Counted from the stretch's first letter, positions 41,627-52,127 are shown. The stretch: DNA of 64,000 nucleotides from Pseudomonadota bacterium (GCA_018261905.1 JAGTRU010000037.1:3949-67948), one strand, 5' to 3'. A program made the numbers and translations. The notes: generated from the sequence alone by a model not told the origin.

Positions 41627-42877
41627 TCATAAAGCGTCGGGAAGGGCCACTTTCTGATCGATACTGAACTGGTAATCCTTGAAGATATGTTCAGTGGAAA
41701 GAATCTGGTAGCTGCCGTCGGCCAGCTTATGGGTCGTATCTTTCAGGCGGTAAGTCAATTGACCGCAGGTCCACAAATCGAAATTGCGCATATGGGTACA
41801 CAGACAGGTCTTGTCCTGCACCGAAATCTTGCGTGCCTCCGGATGGGCCAGCACTTCGCGGTTGTAGGCGGTGACGTAGGCGCACTTACCGTTGGCGTCG
41901 AGCAGGTAGCCGTAAGCTTCGCAATTCGGACGGATGCCATCGCCGATCGCCGGGCTGCCCTTGAGCATGCGCATCGGGTAGCCGGTCGGGGAAATCTGAT
42001 TGACTTCGATATCGTCTTCAGTCGCCCGGAAATATTCCTGCTGGACTTTTTCCGGCAGGCCGCACTCCTTGGCGACGGTGAAACGGGTCGCCACCTGTAC
42101 GGCAGCGGCGCCGGCCTCGAGGAACTGCGCCGCATCGGTACCGGTGAAGATGCCACCGGCCGGGATGACCGGAATTTCGAGATGTTCGTTCTTCAGGAAG
42201 TGCATGACCTCGGCGACGATGGTCGCCAGGTCGTACTGCGCCCAATCCATGCCGAAGCCAAGGTGACCGCCGGCCAGCGGGCCTTCGACCACGACGTAGT
42301 CGGGCAGCCGATGGGTCCGTGCGGTCTTCTTCAGGAACAGTTGCAGGGCGCGCACCGAGGAGACGATGATGCCCAGTTTGACATCGCGGAAACGCGGGTG
42401 GTCCTCGATCAAGGCAAAGGAGCCGAGATGCAGGCCGGCAGCCAGCGTAATGCCGTCGATGCCGGCATCGAGCGCGGCGGTCATGCGGACCTTGAGCGTC
42501 TCTTTCGGCGCATTCATGGTCAGCTTTTCCATGCAGTTCACGAAGATCAGGCCGGAGCCTTGCTTCCGCTCCATGGTCCCGGCGACGTGCAGGCGGGTCG
42601 CTTCGGCAATCTTGCCGAGATCGAACTTGACCGCCGACTTGTCTTCGTTGGCGGCGTTGTACTTGTAAAGCGCGAGCTTTTCCTTGACGAACTTGGTCTT
42701 GTAACGACGATCCGTTACGGTCTTGATCATCGCATCTGAAATATGGCCGACCCCACCCAGCCGGGCGGCCTCCAGGGCCAGATCAGCTGTCGAAATATCA
42801 ACTCCCATGCCGCCAATCATGATGGGCACAAGCTCATGCTTGCCCAACTGCAAGCGGAAATCGTCCACACGCTTCAT
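41627..42877 (-). CDS. nitronate monooxygenase (NMO/2-nitropropane dioxygenase) family FMN protein with Cys-rich C-terminal extension
   Basis: 416 aa. IMIGGMGVDIS and VVVEGPLAGGHLG match the NMO TIM-barrel. An extra ~90-aa tail carries CEAYG...GKCAYV...KTCLCTH...WTCGQ. Confidence 0.75.
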   Translation of the reverse strand: MKRVDDFRLQLGKHELVPIMIGGMGVDISTADLALEAARLGGVGHISDAMIKTVTDRRYKTKFVKEKLALYKYNAANEDKSAVKFDLGKIAEATRLHVAGTMERKQGSGLIFVNCMEKLTMNAPKETLKVRMTAALDAGIDGITLAAGLHLGSFALIEDHPRFRDVKLGIIVSSVRALQLFLKKTARTHRLPDYVVVEGPLAGGHLGFGMDWAQYDLATIVAEVMHFLKNEHLEIPVIPAGGIFTGTDAAQFLEAGAAAVQVATRFTVAKECGLPEKVQQEYFRATEDDIEVNQISPTGYPMRMLKGSPAIGDGIRPNCEAYGYLLDANGKCAYVTAYNREVLAHPEARKISVQDKTCLCTHMRNFDLWTCGQLTYRLKDTTHKLADGSYQILSTEHIFKDYQFSIDQKVALPDAL

Positions 42878-43052
42878 TGCTATCCTTCAAAAAGCAGCCG
42901 GGCCCTTACGCGATATCGCGACCACGACTAAGCATAGAATTTTACGCGAATGTGAAGGCTCCTGCTTGCCCGAGCCCGGATAAATCAAATTCATGCCGCC
43001 CCGTCATCGCTAAACTTGCCACTTTAGGTCTCCATCCCCGGGAAGGTTCACC

Positions 43053-44213
43053 ATGCAATTCTCGTCCCATCCGATCTGGCTCGTTGGCTTCCGACCTTTC
43101 TTCACGCTGGCCTGCCTGACCGGCATGGGCCTGCCGGTCGCCTGGGCACTGATGTTCAGCGGCGCTCTGGCCGCCCCGGAGAGCAGTTTCACCTCGGTCC
43201 AGTGGCACGCCCATGAAATGTTTTTCGGCTTCGGCTGGGCGGTGCTTGGCGGCTTTTTGCTGACCTCGACCAAGAACTGGGTCAATGTCCGCGGCCATCA
43301 CGGTCTGGCGCTGATACTGCTGACCGGCGCCTGGCTGTTCGAGCGCCTCGGCATGAGTTTCGGCGGCCACTGGCCGGCGCCGCTCTTTCTGCTCTCCAAC
43401 AACCTCTTTCTCGGCAGCATCATCGCCATGCTGCTATGGACGCTGATCCGCTACCGGGCGCAGGACAGCTATCGCGACAATGTGCTGTTCCTGATCATGC
43501 TGCCGCTCTTTCTGGTCGCCAAGTACCTGATGCTCAACGGCGACAATTTCCTGACCGGTTACAGCATGGCCATGGCCTTGTTCCGCATGGCCTTCCTGGT
43601 CATGCTCGAACGCACACTGACCGGTTTCATGAAGGCGGCGTTCCAGACGCAGATCCTGCGCCATCCGGTACTCGACATGGCGATCAAGCTGCTCGGCCTG
43701 CTGCTTGTCGCCGACGCCATCCTGCCGCGCCCGCTGACCGCCGTCATCGCCTTTGCGCTGGCCGTTCTGCTCGGCATCCGCTTCGTTTTCTGGAAACCGC
43801 ATTTCGCCTTCCGGCGCATCGACATCGGCATCATGTATGTCGGCTACCTGGCTATCGTTGCGCAATTACTCATCGAATCGCTCGGTCATGTCGTCAATTT
43901 CGTCTGGATCGGCAGCGTTTCGGTGCATGTCTTCACCTTCGGCGCCATGGGCTGCGTCATCCCGGCCATGCTGATCCGCATCAGCAAAGGCCACACCGGG
44001 CGAAAAGTGGTGTTCGACGGGTTCGACCGGGCCACCCTGTACATCATGATTCTCGCGCTGATCATCCGCATCGGCCTGCCGCAGGCCTTCCCGGCGCTTT
44101 ACCTGAGCTGGATACAACTCTCGGCGGCCTGCTGGTTCGCCTGTTACGCCATCCTCGGTTGGCGGTATATTCCCCACCTTTTGCGGCCACGCACTGACGG
44201 AAAAGAACACTAA
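43053..44213 (+). CDS. nnrS: NnrS family membrane protein (NO-stress associated)
   Basis: 386 aa with ~12 TM segments. The N-terminus [15 protein letters not shown] and conserved His residues (HAHEMFFGF) are typical of NnrS. Confidence 0.85.
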   Translation: MQFSSHPIWLVGFRPFFTLACLTGMGLPVAWALMFSGALAAPESSFTSVQWHAHEMFFGFGWAVLGGFLLTSTKNWVNVRGHHGLALILLTGAWLFERLGMSFGGHWPAPLFLLSNNLFLGSIIAMLLWTLIRYRAQDSYRDNVLFLIMLPLFLVAKYLMLNGDNFLTGYSMAMALFRMAFLVMLERTLTGFMKAAFQTQILRHPVLDMAIKLLGLLLVADAILPRPLTAVIAFALAVLLGIRFVFWKPHFAFRRIDIGIMYVGYLAIVAQLLIESLGHVVNFVWIGSVSVHVFTFGAMGCVIPAMLIRISKGHTGRKVVFDGFDRATLYIMILALIIRIGLPQAFPALYLSWIQLSAACWFACYAILGWRYIPHLLRPRTDGKEH

Positions 44214-44671
44214 TGCAAATCTGGGTCGATGCCGACGCCTGCCCCGGGGTCATCAAGGAAATCATTTTTCGCGCCGCCGAACGGCTGCACATCCACACCA
44301 TCCTGGTCGCCAACCAGATGCTGCGCACGCCGCCGTCGAAGTTCATCCGCGCCATCCAGGTGCCGTCCGGTTTCGACGTTGCCGACCGCCACATCGTCGA
44401 CCAGCTGACGCCGGGCGACCTCGTCATCACCGCCGACATCCCGCTCGCCGCCTTCGTCATTGAACGTGGCGCGCATGCGCTGAACCCGCGCGGCGAGCTG
44501 TACACCACGGCCAACATCCAGGAACGCCTGACCATGCGCAATTTCATGGAAGGCCTGCGCAATGCCGGTATCGAAACCGGCGGCCCGGCGGCCTTGGGGC
44601 AAGCCGACCGCCAGGCCTTCGGCAACGCGCTCGACCGCTTCCTGGCCAAGCACGCCAAACCGGCAGGCTAA
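44213..44671 (+). CDS. yaiI: YaiI/YqxD family protein (UPF0178)
   Basis: 152 aa. [22 protein letters not shown] is the family's hallmark N-terminus. Its start overlaps the nnrS stop (TAATG). Confidence 0.85.
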   Translation: MQIWVDADACPGVIKEIIFRAAERLHIHTILVANQMLRTPPSKFIRAIQVPSGFDVADRHIVDQLTPGDLVITADIPLAAFVIERGAHALNPRGELYTTANIQERLTMRNFMEGLRNAGIETGGPAALGQADRQAFGNALDRFLAKHAKPAG

Positions 44672-44973
44672 AGTACTGCCTCGAACAATTCCAGCTGCGG
44701 CGGCCCGAGGTAGAAATCGCGCGGTGAATTGCCGGCCGCCATGTGCGCCTTGCGGAAAGCTTCGGATTGCGTCCATGCCTCGAACGCCTGCTCGGATTCC
44801 CAGATGGTGTGCGAAGCGAACAAGGTGCGCTCTTCGGTGGTGTCGCCACGCAGCAGGTTGAAACTGATGAAACCCGGCACTTCGCTCAAATAGCTGTTGC
44901 GCTTGCGCCAGTGATCGACGAAGGCATCTTCCTTGCCCAAGGCGATGCGAAAACGGTTCATGGCGAGAAACAT
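44668..44973 (-). CDS. antibiotic-biosynthesis-monooxygenase (ABM) domain protein
   Basis: 101 aa with the ferredoxin-like ABM pattern ([18 protein letters not shown]...[26 protein letters not shown]). Confidence 0.7.
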   Translation of the reverse strand: MFLAMNRFRIALGKEDAFVDHWRKRNSYLSEVPGFISFNLLRGDTTEERTLFASHTIWESEQAFEAWTQSEAFRKAHMAAGNSPRDFYLGPPQLELFEAVL

Positions 44974-45006
44974 GGCAACCTCCTTGATTGGGTGGAAACG
45001 ATCATA

Positions 45007-46704
45007 TCAGGCCACCACTTCCATGCCGCGGAACATCGAACAGCGGCGGAAGACTTCAACACCGGGCGCTACCTGTTTCTGGTTGCAGTACTTGGCGACC
45101 AGCTTGGCCAGGCCCTTGATGTCGCGCCCGGTCGCTTCCGGGAAGATGTCGGGCAGACGCTCAAGCAGTTCCGGCGCGACCGGCAAACCGAACTGTTCGC
45201 TCATGACGCCCCAGATCTTGCGCCGGTCGGCGCGCGTTGGCGGATGGAACTTGATCAGCGCAATACAGCGCGAGACGATGGCTTCGTCGATGTCGTCCAC
45301 CCGGTTGGTGGTCAGGAAGAGCAGGCCGTTGAAATACTCGAGCACGCGCAGGAAGACGCCAACCACGGCATTCATCGTGATGTTGTCGTCGCGCTTCTTG
45401 ATGTACACATCGGCCTCGTCGATGAGCATGACCGCCCCCCAGCGCTGGGCACGGGTCAGCACTTCCTTGAGCGCCACTTCCATGGCCGCGACGTTCAGCC
45501 CCAACTGCCCGGAATGCACGCGATACAGCGGGCGCTTGATGATCTCCGAGTACACCTCTGCCGTCAGCGTCTTGCCGACGCCGGCCGGTCCGGCGCAGAG
45601 CACCGTCGTGCCGCCCGACTTGCCGGCCACGATGTCGTCCATCAGCACGTCCATCTCGGCGGTCAGGATGTCGATCAGGTCAGTCTGTTCGGGCGGCAGC
45701 ACCAGTTTGTCCTTGAGTTCCGGCTGGTAGACATAAGGTTCCATGTCGTCTACATGCACCCAGACGTAATGGTGCAGTTCGAGGTGGAACATCAGGATGT
45801 AGAAATGCACCGGCAGCTCGGTGAACATCCCTTTCGGCAGGCTGGCCTGGGTTTCCTCGACCTCCGCCTCCTCCTTGCCGGAAAGGCGCGAATTGCGCGC
45901 CACCCGGCGCACGAACTTGGCCATGATGTCGCCCGTCGCATCGAGTGCCAGCACGCGCTCGCCGAGGATGCTTTCATCGTTGACCAGGCGAGACGGACTG
46001 CCGGTCGAAGACAGGATGATCATGTCCTTGCGCGTGTAATCGGTATCGCGATGCGTCGCCGTCGGGTTCTCGGCGAAATAGCCGACGCCGGTGCCGGCGA
46101 ACTGCGCGCCGTATTGCGCCCGCCAGTCGAAATAGCGGGCGGCGCCCTCGTCGTAGCTTTGCAGGAGTTCCGGCGTTTCCTTGACGAAGCCCTTGGCGGC
46201 GAGGATTTCGGCGATATTGCGGCCAGCGATGTCCGGCCCGGTGATGCGCACCGTCGCCGTCGCCATGCGGGCGCGGGCATTGGCTTTCAGTTCGACGAAA
46301 ATCTTGCCGGTTTCCTCCTCCGACGGCGGCGTGTAGTCGAGCCGCGTCACGACATAGGCCAGCGGCTTGCCGGTGATGGTCGCCGAAAACACCCAGCCGC
46401 GCGTCGAACCTTCGGCCAGGTAACGGGCGATGGCCGGCACCGCCATTTCCAGTTCCTCCGGCTCGAACCGCCGGCCGCCCTCGCGCATCGCCTTCTGCAA
46501 GGTGGCGATCTGCGCGCCGCGCGCCCGCAACTCCGGCCCGCCCTTGGCATACAAGTCTTCGAGAAAGGCGAGTTCGTCGTCGTGCAATTGGCTGAAGGAA
46601 AGTTCGACTTTGTTGCCGAAGCGCAATTGCTCACGAACAAAATCGAGACGAGGAAAAGCCTGGATCATCGCCTCGATATGCGGGCGTTCGATTTGCAGTT
46701 TCAT
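45007..46704 (-). CDS. AAA-family ATPase with large uncharacterised N-terminal region
   Basis: 565 aa from MKLQIERP. A single classical AAA module sits at the C-terminus (Walker A GPAGVGKT, Walker B VMLIDEAD, TTNRVDDIDEAIVSR). I recognise no family in the residues preceding it (~350 aa). Confidence 0.8.
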   Translation of the reverse strand: MKLQIERPHIEAMIQAFPRLDFVREQLRFGNKVELSFSQLHDDELAFLEDLYAKGGPELRARGAQIATLQKAMREGGRRFEPEELEMAVPAIARYLAEGSTRGWVFSATITGKPLAYVVTRLDYTPPSEEETGKIFVELKANARARMATATVRITGPDIAGRNIAEILAAKGFVKETPELLQSYDEGAARYFDWRAQYGAQFAGTGVGYFAENPTATHRDTDYTRKDMIILSSTGSPSRLVNDESILGERVLALDATGDIMAKFVRRVARNSRLSGKEEAEVEETQASLPKGMFTELPVHFYILMFHLELHHYVWVHVDDMEPYVYQPELKDKLVLPPEQTDLIDILTAEMDVLMDDIVAGKSGGTTVLCAGPAGVGKTLTAEVYSEIIKRPLYRVHSGQLGLNVAAMEVALKEVLTRAQRWGAVMLIDEADVYIKKRDDNITMNAVVGVFLRVLEYFNGLLFLTTNRVDDIDEAIVSRCIALIKFHPPTRADRRKIWGVMSEQFGLPVAPELLERLPDIFPEATGRDIKGLAKLVAKYCNQKQVAPGVEVFRRCSMFRGMEVVA

Positions 46705-46875
46705 TGGGGAAGACTCCGTTGGGGACGAATTGCCAAACAACAGCGAATTTCGTGCCGAGCCGGCCCGCCCACAAAACAACAATAAAACAATTGCTTGCTG
46801 CAAACCCGCCCTTGTCGTTCTTGCAACAATCATTCCGTGGGATACTCCGCCCCCAGCAAAATGATCGGAACGCGC

Positions 46876-47943
46876 ATGACCACACCCGCCCAGAAACCCG
46901 GACTACACCCGCGCAACAAGAATGCGGCCGGCTACGATTTCGCCGCGCTGACGGCCGTCGCGCCGGGCCTGGTCAAGTTCGTGATCACCACCAAGGCGGG
47001 CACGCCGAGCATCGACTTTGCCAACCCGAGCGCCGTCAAGGCTTTCAACCGCGCCCTGCTCGCCCTGCATTACGGCATCAAGGGCTGGGAAATCCCGGCC
47101 GGCTACCTGTGTCCGCCGATTCCCGGCCGCGCCGACTATATCCACCACGCCGCCGACCTGCTCGCGACCTGTAACAAGAAGACAATCCCGACCGGCGCCG
47201 GCGTGCGTGTGCTCGACATCGGCGTTGGCGCCAACTGCGTCTATCCACTGATCGGCGCCGCCGAATACGGCTGGCACTTCCTCGGCGTCGATATCGACGA
47301 AACGGCGCTGGCCAATGCGCAGATGATTTTGGGCAAAAACGAGCAGTTGACCGGTATGGTCGAACTGCGCCACCAGCCGGTCTGGGAAAACATCTTCACC
47401 GGCCTGCTGCGCTCCGGCGAAAACTTCGAACTGAGCATCTGCAACCCGCCCTTCCACAATTCGCCGGATGACGTGCATGCGGTCAGCCAGCGCAAGTGGA
47501 ACAACCTCAACAAGCCAGGCGCCAAGAAAGGCGCGGTGCAGCAGCCGCGCCTCAATTTCGGCGGCGGCGGCACCGAACTCTGGTGCAACGGCGGCGAGCG
47601 CGCCTTCGTCAAGAACATGATCGAACAGAGCGCCAATATCCCGAAGCGCGTCATGTGGTTCACCAGCCTGGTTTCGCAGGCCGACAACCTGGTGCATATC
47701 GAAGCCGCGCTGAAAAAGGCCAAGGTCGTCGAATCGCGCACCATCGCCATGGCCCAGGGCCAGAAGCAGAGCCGCTTCGTCGCCTGGACCTTCTGCGGCA
47801 ACGGCGAACGCGAGAAGTGGCGCAAGGAACGCTGGTCGATGATGGCGCCGACACCCAACCAGGCACCGCGCTTCCCGGTCAGCGCCGAACCACTTGCTGC
47901 AGAGCCAGCGGCAGCACAGCAGCCGGCCGGCAACAGCGACTAG
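46876..47943 (+). CDS. rlmF: 23S rRNA (adenine1618-N6)-methyltransferase RlmF
   Basis: MTTPAQKPGLHPRNK..., LCPPIPGRADYIHHAADLL, GVGANCVYPLIG and the catalytic ICNPPFH closely parallel E. coli RlmF. It has a low-complexity C-terminal tail. Confidence 0.85.
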   Translation: MTTPAQKPGLHPRNKNAAGYDFAALTAVAPGLVKFVITTKAGTPSIDFANPSAVKAFNRALLALHYGIKGWEIPAGYLCPPIPGRADYIHHAADLLATCNKKTIPTGAGVRVLDIGVGANCVYPLIGAAEYGWHFLGVDIDETALANAQMILGKNEQLTGMVELRHQPVWENIFTGLLRSGENFELSICNPPFHNSPDDVHAVSQRKWNNLNKPGAKKGAVQQPRLNFGGGGTELWCNGGERAFVKNMIEQSANIPKRVMWFTSLVSQADNLVHIEAALKKAKVVESRTIAMAQGQKQSRFVAWTFCGNGEREKWRKERWSMMAPTPNQAPRFPVSAEPLAAEPAAAQQPAGNSD

Positions 47944-48635
47944 GCTTCGCCCTCGCCGCGCGCCGTCGCCAGATAGTCGCGCCAGAGGTGGCCGTAGCGG
48001 TCGTCGAAAGTCTGCGCTATCAGTTCGACCGTCAAAATTCGGTCGACGCGGAAGGTTCGGAAGGACTGGCGCAACTCGCACCAGGCGCCGAGCGTCCAGC
48101 AATGGCCCCAGAACACCAGGCCGAGCGGCCATAGCGTGCGCTGCGAAACTTCGCCGTCGGCCCGCCGGTAACTCACGGCCACCTTGCGGCCGCTTTCCAT
48201 GCCGGCGCGCAGCAAGGCCATCGGTTCGCGCAGCGGCGCCGGTTGCAGGCAGTCGAGCGCCAGGAAACGCCGGCTCGATGCCCCCACCCGCTCTTCCAAG
48301 GCACGCGGCAAGACCGCCTCGATGCGCGCCATGGCCTGCGCCGCCGCCTTGCCCAGCGCCGAGTCACCCCAGGCCTGGACCAGCTTGGCGCCGACCACCA
48401 GCGCTTCGAGTTCATCGCCGGTGAACATCAGCGGCGGCACCTGGTAACCGCGGCGCAAGCGATAACCGACGCCGGCCTCGCCGTCGATCGGCGCGCCGGA
48501 TTTCACCAGGTCGGCGATGTCGCGGTAGATGGTGCGCTCGGAAACCTCGAGCGCCTCGGCCAGGGCGGCAGCGGTGACGACGCGGCCGTTGCGCAGCAAA
48601 AGGATAATCTGGAACAGTCGGTCGGCCGGGCGCAT
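47940..48635 (-). CDS. YafY-family transcriptional regulator (HTH plus WYL domain)
   Basis: MRPADRLFQIILLLRNGRVVTAAALAEALEVSERTIYRDIADL HTH, with a C-terminal WYL-type region (VAVSYRRADGEVSQRTLWPLGLVFW). Confidence 0.85.
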   Translation of the reverse strand: MRPADRLFQIILLLRNGRVVTAAALAEALEVSERTIYRDIADLVKSGAPIDGEAGVGYRLRRGYQVPPLMFTGDELEALVVGAKLVQAWGDSALGKAAAQAMARIEAVLPRALEERVGASSRRFLALDCLQPAPLREPMALLRAGMESGRKVAVSYRRADGEVSQRTLWPLGLVFWGHCWTLGAWCELRQSFRTFRVDRILTVELIAQTFDDRYGHLWRDYLATARGEGEA

Positions 48636-48782
48636 GTCATGACGGGAAATACGGGAATTTCAGCATAGCACGCCGTTTCGCCGGCTACGCCAAGCCTCCT
48701 GACACCATGCTGTCAGGAGCCCCCGGCCAGAATGCGCTGCATCAACGGCATCCCGCCGCTGAACTTCATCAAGGAAAACATC

Positions 48783-49151
48783 ATGGAAAATCCGCTGCGC
48801 TGGTTTGAAATTGCCACCACCGACCTCGACCGGGCCGTCGCCTTCTACCAGGACATTCTCGCCATCGAATTGCGCCGCGAAACCTGCGGCGACATCGCCA
48901 TGGCCATCTTCCCCTATGCCGAGCCCTACCCGAGCGGCGCCCTGGTCGCCATGCCGCAACTGCAACCGCGCGACAACGGCACGCTCGTCTATCTCGACGG
49001 GGGCGCCGACCTCAATACCGTGCTGGCGCGCATCCCGGCAGCGGGTGGCCAGGTCGTCATGGCAAAAACCGACCTCGGCAAAAACATCGGCCATATCGCG
49101 CTGTTCATCGATAGCGAAGGCAACCGGGTCGGGCTGTACTCAAAGGACTGA
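48783..49151 (+). CDS. VOC (glyoxalase/bleomycin-resistance) family protein
   Basis: 122 aa from MENPLRWFEIATTDLDRAVAFYQDIL...GHIALFIDSEGNRVGLYS. It is divergent from the YafY regulator, a common pairing. Confidence 0.8.
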   Translation: MENPLRWFEIATTDLDRAVAFYQDILAIELRRETCGDIAMAIFPYAEPYPSGALVAMPQLQPRDNGTLVYLDGGADLNTVLARIPAAGGQVVMAKTDLGKNIGHIALFIDSEGNRVGLYSKD

Positions 49152-49241
49152 GACTTGCGCCGGGCGCGGGAAAGGCGTCGGCCAGCCTGAGAGAAGGGCG
49201 GCCGACGACAAAGCCATCCAGATGACATTACAATCGGCGCC

Positions 49242-50084
49242 ATGCCCACTGCGCTTTTTCCCGTCCCGCCGCCGCTTGCCGGCCTGCTTGGCAATCTGCT
49301 GGTTACCACGCTGCCCGGCGGCCCTTACCTGTTGCCGGCGACGCTGCAACCGATGCTGCTGTTCATCCTGAGGGGCGAAATCCGGCTGCAACTGCCCGAT
49401 GGCAACAGCCGGCGCCTGCCCGGGTTCGGACTGAGCGGTGCGACCAGCGGCACACGCTGCGCCGCCGCCACACCGGGCACACAAACTCTGCTCGCCGCGG
49501 TGCTGCCCGGACAGTTGCCGCGCCTTCTCGGCCTGCCGGCCTCGGCCGTCAGCGAGGAGTTCGTCCCGCTCAGCGAACTGCTGCCACGGCAAAACCTGGC
49601 CGAATTGAGCGAAAAACTTGCGGCCAGCGCCGCGCTGACCAGCCAGGTCGCGCATTGCGCCGACTTCCTGCGCACCTTGGCGGCAGCCCAGGCGCAACGG
49701 GGCGCCGATCTGGTCGTCCCCGAAAACTGGCTGTTTCGCCCGCTCACCGACATCGCCGATGCCTTCGCACTCAGCCCGCGCCAGCTCGAACGACATTTTC
49801 GCCACAGCTACGGCCAGAGCCTGCGCGCCTTCCGCCAGCAGGCCCGCTGTAGCCGGATGCTCGTCGACCTGGTCTTCGGCCGCCGCGAATTCGCCGCCTG
49901 GGCCGACATTGCGGCCAGCGCCGGCTATTTCGACCAGGCCCACCTGAGCCGCGACCTGCGCCGCTTTACCGGTTACACCCCGGCCCTGCTCGGCCGGCAA
50001 CTGGCCGGAGATGATCCCGCGCTCTGGCCTTACCGCCTGAGTGCGCAGCAGGTGTCCCGGTTGTTTGGTACGCCGGCCTGCTGA
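49242..50084 (+). CDS. AraC-family transcriptional regulator
   Basis: C-terminal dual HTH (IADAFALSPRQLERHFRHSYGQS...IAASAGYFDQAHLSRDLRRFTGYTP). Confidence 0.8.
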   Translation: MPTALFPVPPPLAGLLGNLLVTTLPGGPYLLPATLQPMLLFILRGEIRLQLPDGNSRRLPGFGLSGATSGTRCAAATPGTQTLLAAVLPGQLPRLLGLPASAVSEEFVPLSELLPRQNLAELSEKLAASAALTSQVAHCADFLRTLAAAQAQRGADLVVPENWLFRPLTDIADAFALSPRQLERHFRHSYGQSLRAFRQQARCSRMLVDLVFGRREFAAWADIAASAGYFDQAHLSRDLRRFTGYTPALLGRQLAGDDPALWPYRLSAQQVSRLFGTPAC

Positions 50085-50160
50085 GCAATGTCGTTTCGGT
50101 ACAAGACCGGGCATGGCCAGGCCGGTAAATTGGCCGCCTGCCCCCACGGAGTCATCGCCC

Positions 50161-50661
50161 ATGCCCGCCGAACTACCCGCCACCTCTGCCCTGGCCGCGG
50201 AACAAGAGAATTATCCCTACCGCGACAGCATTTGCCGCCCGGTGCTGCGCCAGGCTGTCGGCAGCGATGAACTGCTTGCCGCCTTCCTGGCCGCCCCGCC
50301 CGGCTGGGTCGATACCCTGATGCTGGCGCGCGACCGGATCGTCGGCCGCTGCGGCCTGAAAACCGCCGGCCCGCGTCAGGCCGTGCCGCAAGCCCCGTTC
50401 CGGGTCGGCCAGCAGCTCGGCGTTTTCCGCATCCTGCACCTGGCGCCCGGCGAAGCCATTCTCGGCGAAGACGACCGGCACCTCGACTTTCGCGTCTCGC
50501 TGCTCAGCGCCGCCGGGCAACTGCGGGTCAGCACGCTGGTCCGCCCGCACAACGTTTTCGGCTGGCTTTACCTGGCCATCGTCCTGCCCTTTCACCACCT
50601 GATCTCGAGCGTCATGGCCGGGCGGATGGTCGGGATCATCAACGACGGCGCCACACCATGA
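50161..50661 (+). CDS. hypothetical protein (DUF2867-like)
   Basis: 166 aa from MPAELP. The family assignment is by weak recollection only. ATGA overlap with the downstream amidase. An alternative start lies at 50113. Confidence 0.45.
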   Translation: MPAELPATSALAAEQENYPYRDSICRPVLRQAVGSDELLAAFLAAPPGWVDTLMLARDRIVGRCGLKTAGPRQAVPQAPFRVGQQLGVFRILHLAPGEAILGEDDRHLDFRVSLLSAAGQLRVSTLVRPHNVFGWLYLAIVLPFHHLISSVMAGRMVGIINDGATP

Positions 50662-52127
50662 ATCTCCTCGATACGCTAAGCGCCAGCCGCGCCGCCGAGG
50701 AAATCGCCGCTGGTCGCCTGAGCGCCGTCGAGCTGCTCGACGCCTGCACGCAGCAGATCGCCCGGCACAATCCGGCGATCAACGCGCTGGTCACCCTCGA
50801 CTTGGCCGGGGCCCGGCAGGCGGCCGAAGCGGCCGATGCTGTCATCAGGCAATCCGGCGTGCCCGACGACCAGCCCCTGCTCGGCCTGCCGATCAGCATC
50901 AAGGATGCTTTCGCGACGCAAGGCCTGCGCACCACCAGCAGTTTCCCGCCCCTCGCCGATCACATTCCGAGCCGCGATGCGACCGTCGTCGCCCGCCTCA
51001 AGGCGGCCGGCGCGGTACTGCTCGGCAAAAGCAATTTATCGGAGCTAGCCGGCGATCCGCAATGCTGGAGCCCGCTGTTCGGCCCGACGCGCAATCCCTG
51101 GGATCCCGCACGCACGCCGGGCGGCAGCTCCGGCGGCAGCGCCGCGGCCATCGCCATGGGCTTTTCGCTGCTCGAAGCGGGCAGCGACATTGCCGGCTCG
51201 ATCCGCATTCCCGCCGCCTACTGCGGCGTCGCCGGGCTGAAGACGACCGAGAACCGTATTCCGCGTACCGGCCACATTCCGCATTTACCGGGCCAGCCGC
51301 GCACCGTACGCCACATGCTGTCCTTCGGCCTGCTCGGCCGACGGGTGGCCGATCTGCAACTGGGCTTTCCGTTGCTTGCCGGGCCCGACGGCGAAGACTT
51401 CGAGGTGCCGCCCATTCCGGCCGGTCAGGCCGCCCCGCAGGAAAGCCGGCCGCTGCGCGTCGCCTGGTGGGATGACTTCGCCGGCACACCGCTCTGCCAG
51501 CGCACCCGGCGCGGTCTGCAGCACGCCGTGGAAAAATTGCAGGCCGCCGGCCACCGGGTCGAACGCTACGCCCCGGAAAAATTCGCTATCGAAGATGCCC
51601 GGCAGGCATTCGGCACGCTGGCCGGCAGCGAAATCGGCCGCGGCCTGCCAAGCTGGCAACGGCTGTTTTTCAGCCTCGGCAGCACTTTTCTGCCCCGCCA
51701 GCAGATCCTGGGCCGGGCCTTTCTCGGCGGCATGCATGCCACACCCGGCCAATACAACGCGGCGCTGCTCAGGCGCGAACAACTGATTGGCGCACTCGAA
51801 GATTTCCTCGGCCAGTGGGATGTCTGGCTCTGCCCGACGGCGCCGACGGTTGCCTACCCGGCTTTTCCCCTACCCAGGTTCCGGCCGCCACCGAGCCTCC
51901 TGATCGACGACCAGCCGCTTTCCTATATCGAAGCGACGATCAGCCTGACCGCCCCGTTCTCGCTGACCGGCAGCCCGGTGGTCAGCCTGCCAGCAAGCAT
52001 TGAGGAGGGCCTGCCGGTCGGCTTGCAGGTGGTCGGTCGACGCTGGCAGGAAGATCGTCTGCTGCAGCATTGCCGGAGGCTGGAAGACTGCCTGGGCGAC
52101 TACCGTCCGCCGCCGCGGGCCGGATGA
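50658..52127 (+). CDS. amidase-signature family amidase
   Basis: 489 aa. Amidase signature GGSSGGSAAAIAMG with catalytic Ser/Lys context (LPISIKDAF..., GSDIAGSIRIPAAYCG). Confidence 0.85.
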   Translation: MNLLDTLSASRAAEEIAAGRLSAVELLDACTQQIARHNPAINALVTLDLAGARQAAEAADAVIRQSGVPDDQPLLGLPISIKDAFATQGLRTTSSFPPLADHIPSRDATVVARLKAAGAVLLGKSNLSELAGDPQCWSPLFGPTRNPWDPARTPGGSSGGSAAAIAMGFSLLEAGSDIAGSIRIPAAYCGVAGLKTTENRIPRTGHIPHLPGQPRTVRHMLSFGLLGRRVADLQLGFPLLAGPDGEDFEVPPIPAGQAAPQESRPLRVAWWDDFAGTPLCQRTRRGLQHAVEKLQAAGHRVERYAPEKFAIEDARQAFGTLAGSEIGRGLPSWQRLFFSLGSTFLPRQQILGRAFLGGMHATPGQYNAALLRREQLIGALEDFLGQWDVWLCPTAPTVAYPAFPLPRFRPPPSLLIDDQPLSYIEATISLTAPFSLTGSPVVSLPASIEEGLPVGLQVVGRRWQEDRLLQHCRRLEDCLGDYRPPPRAG

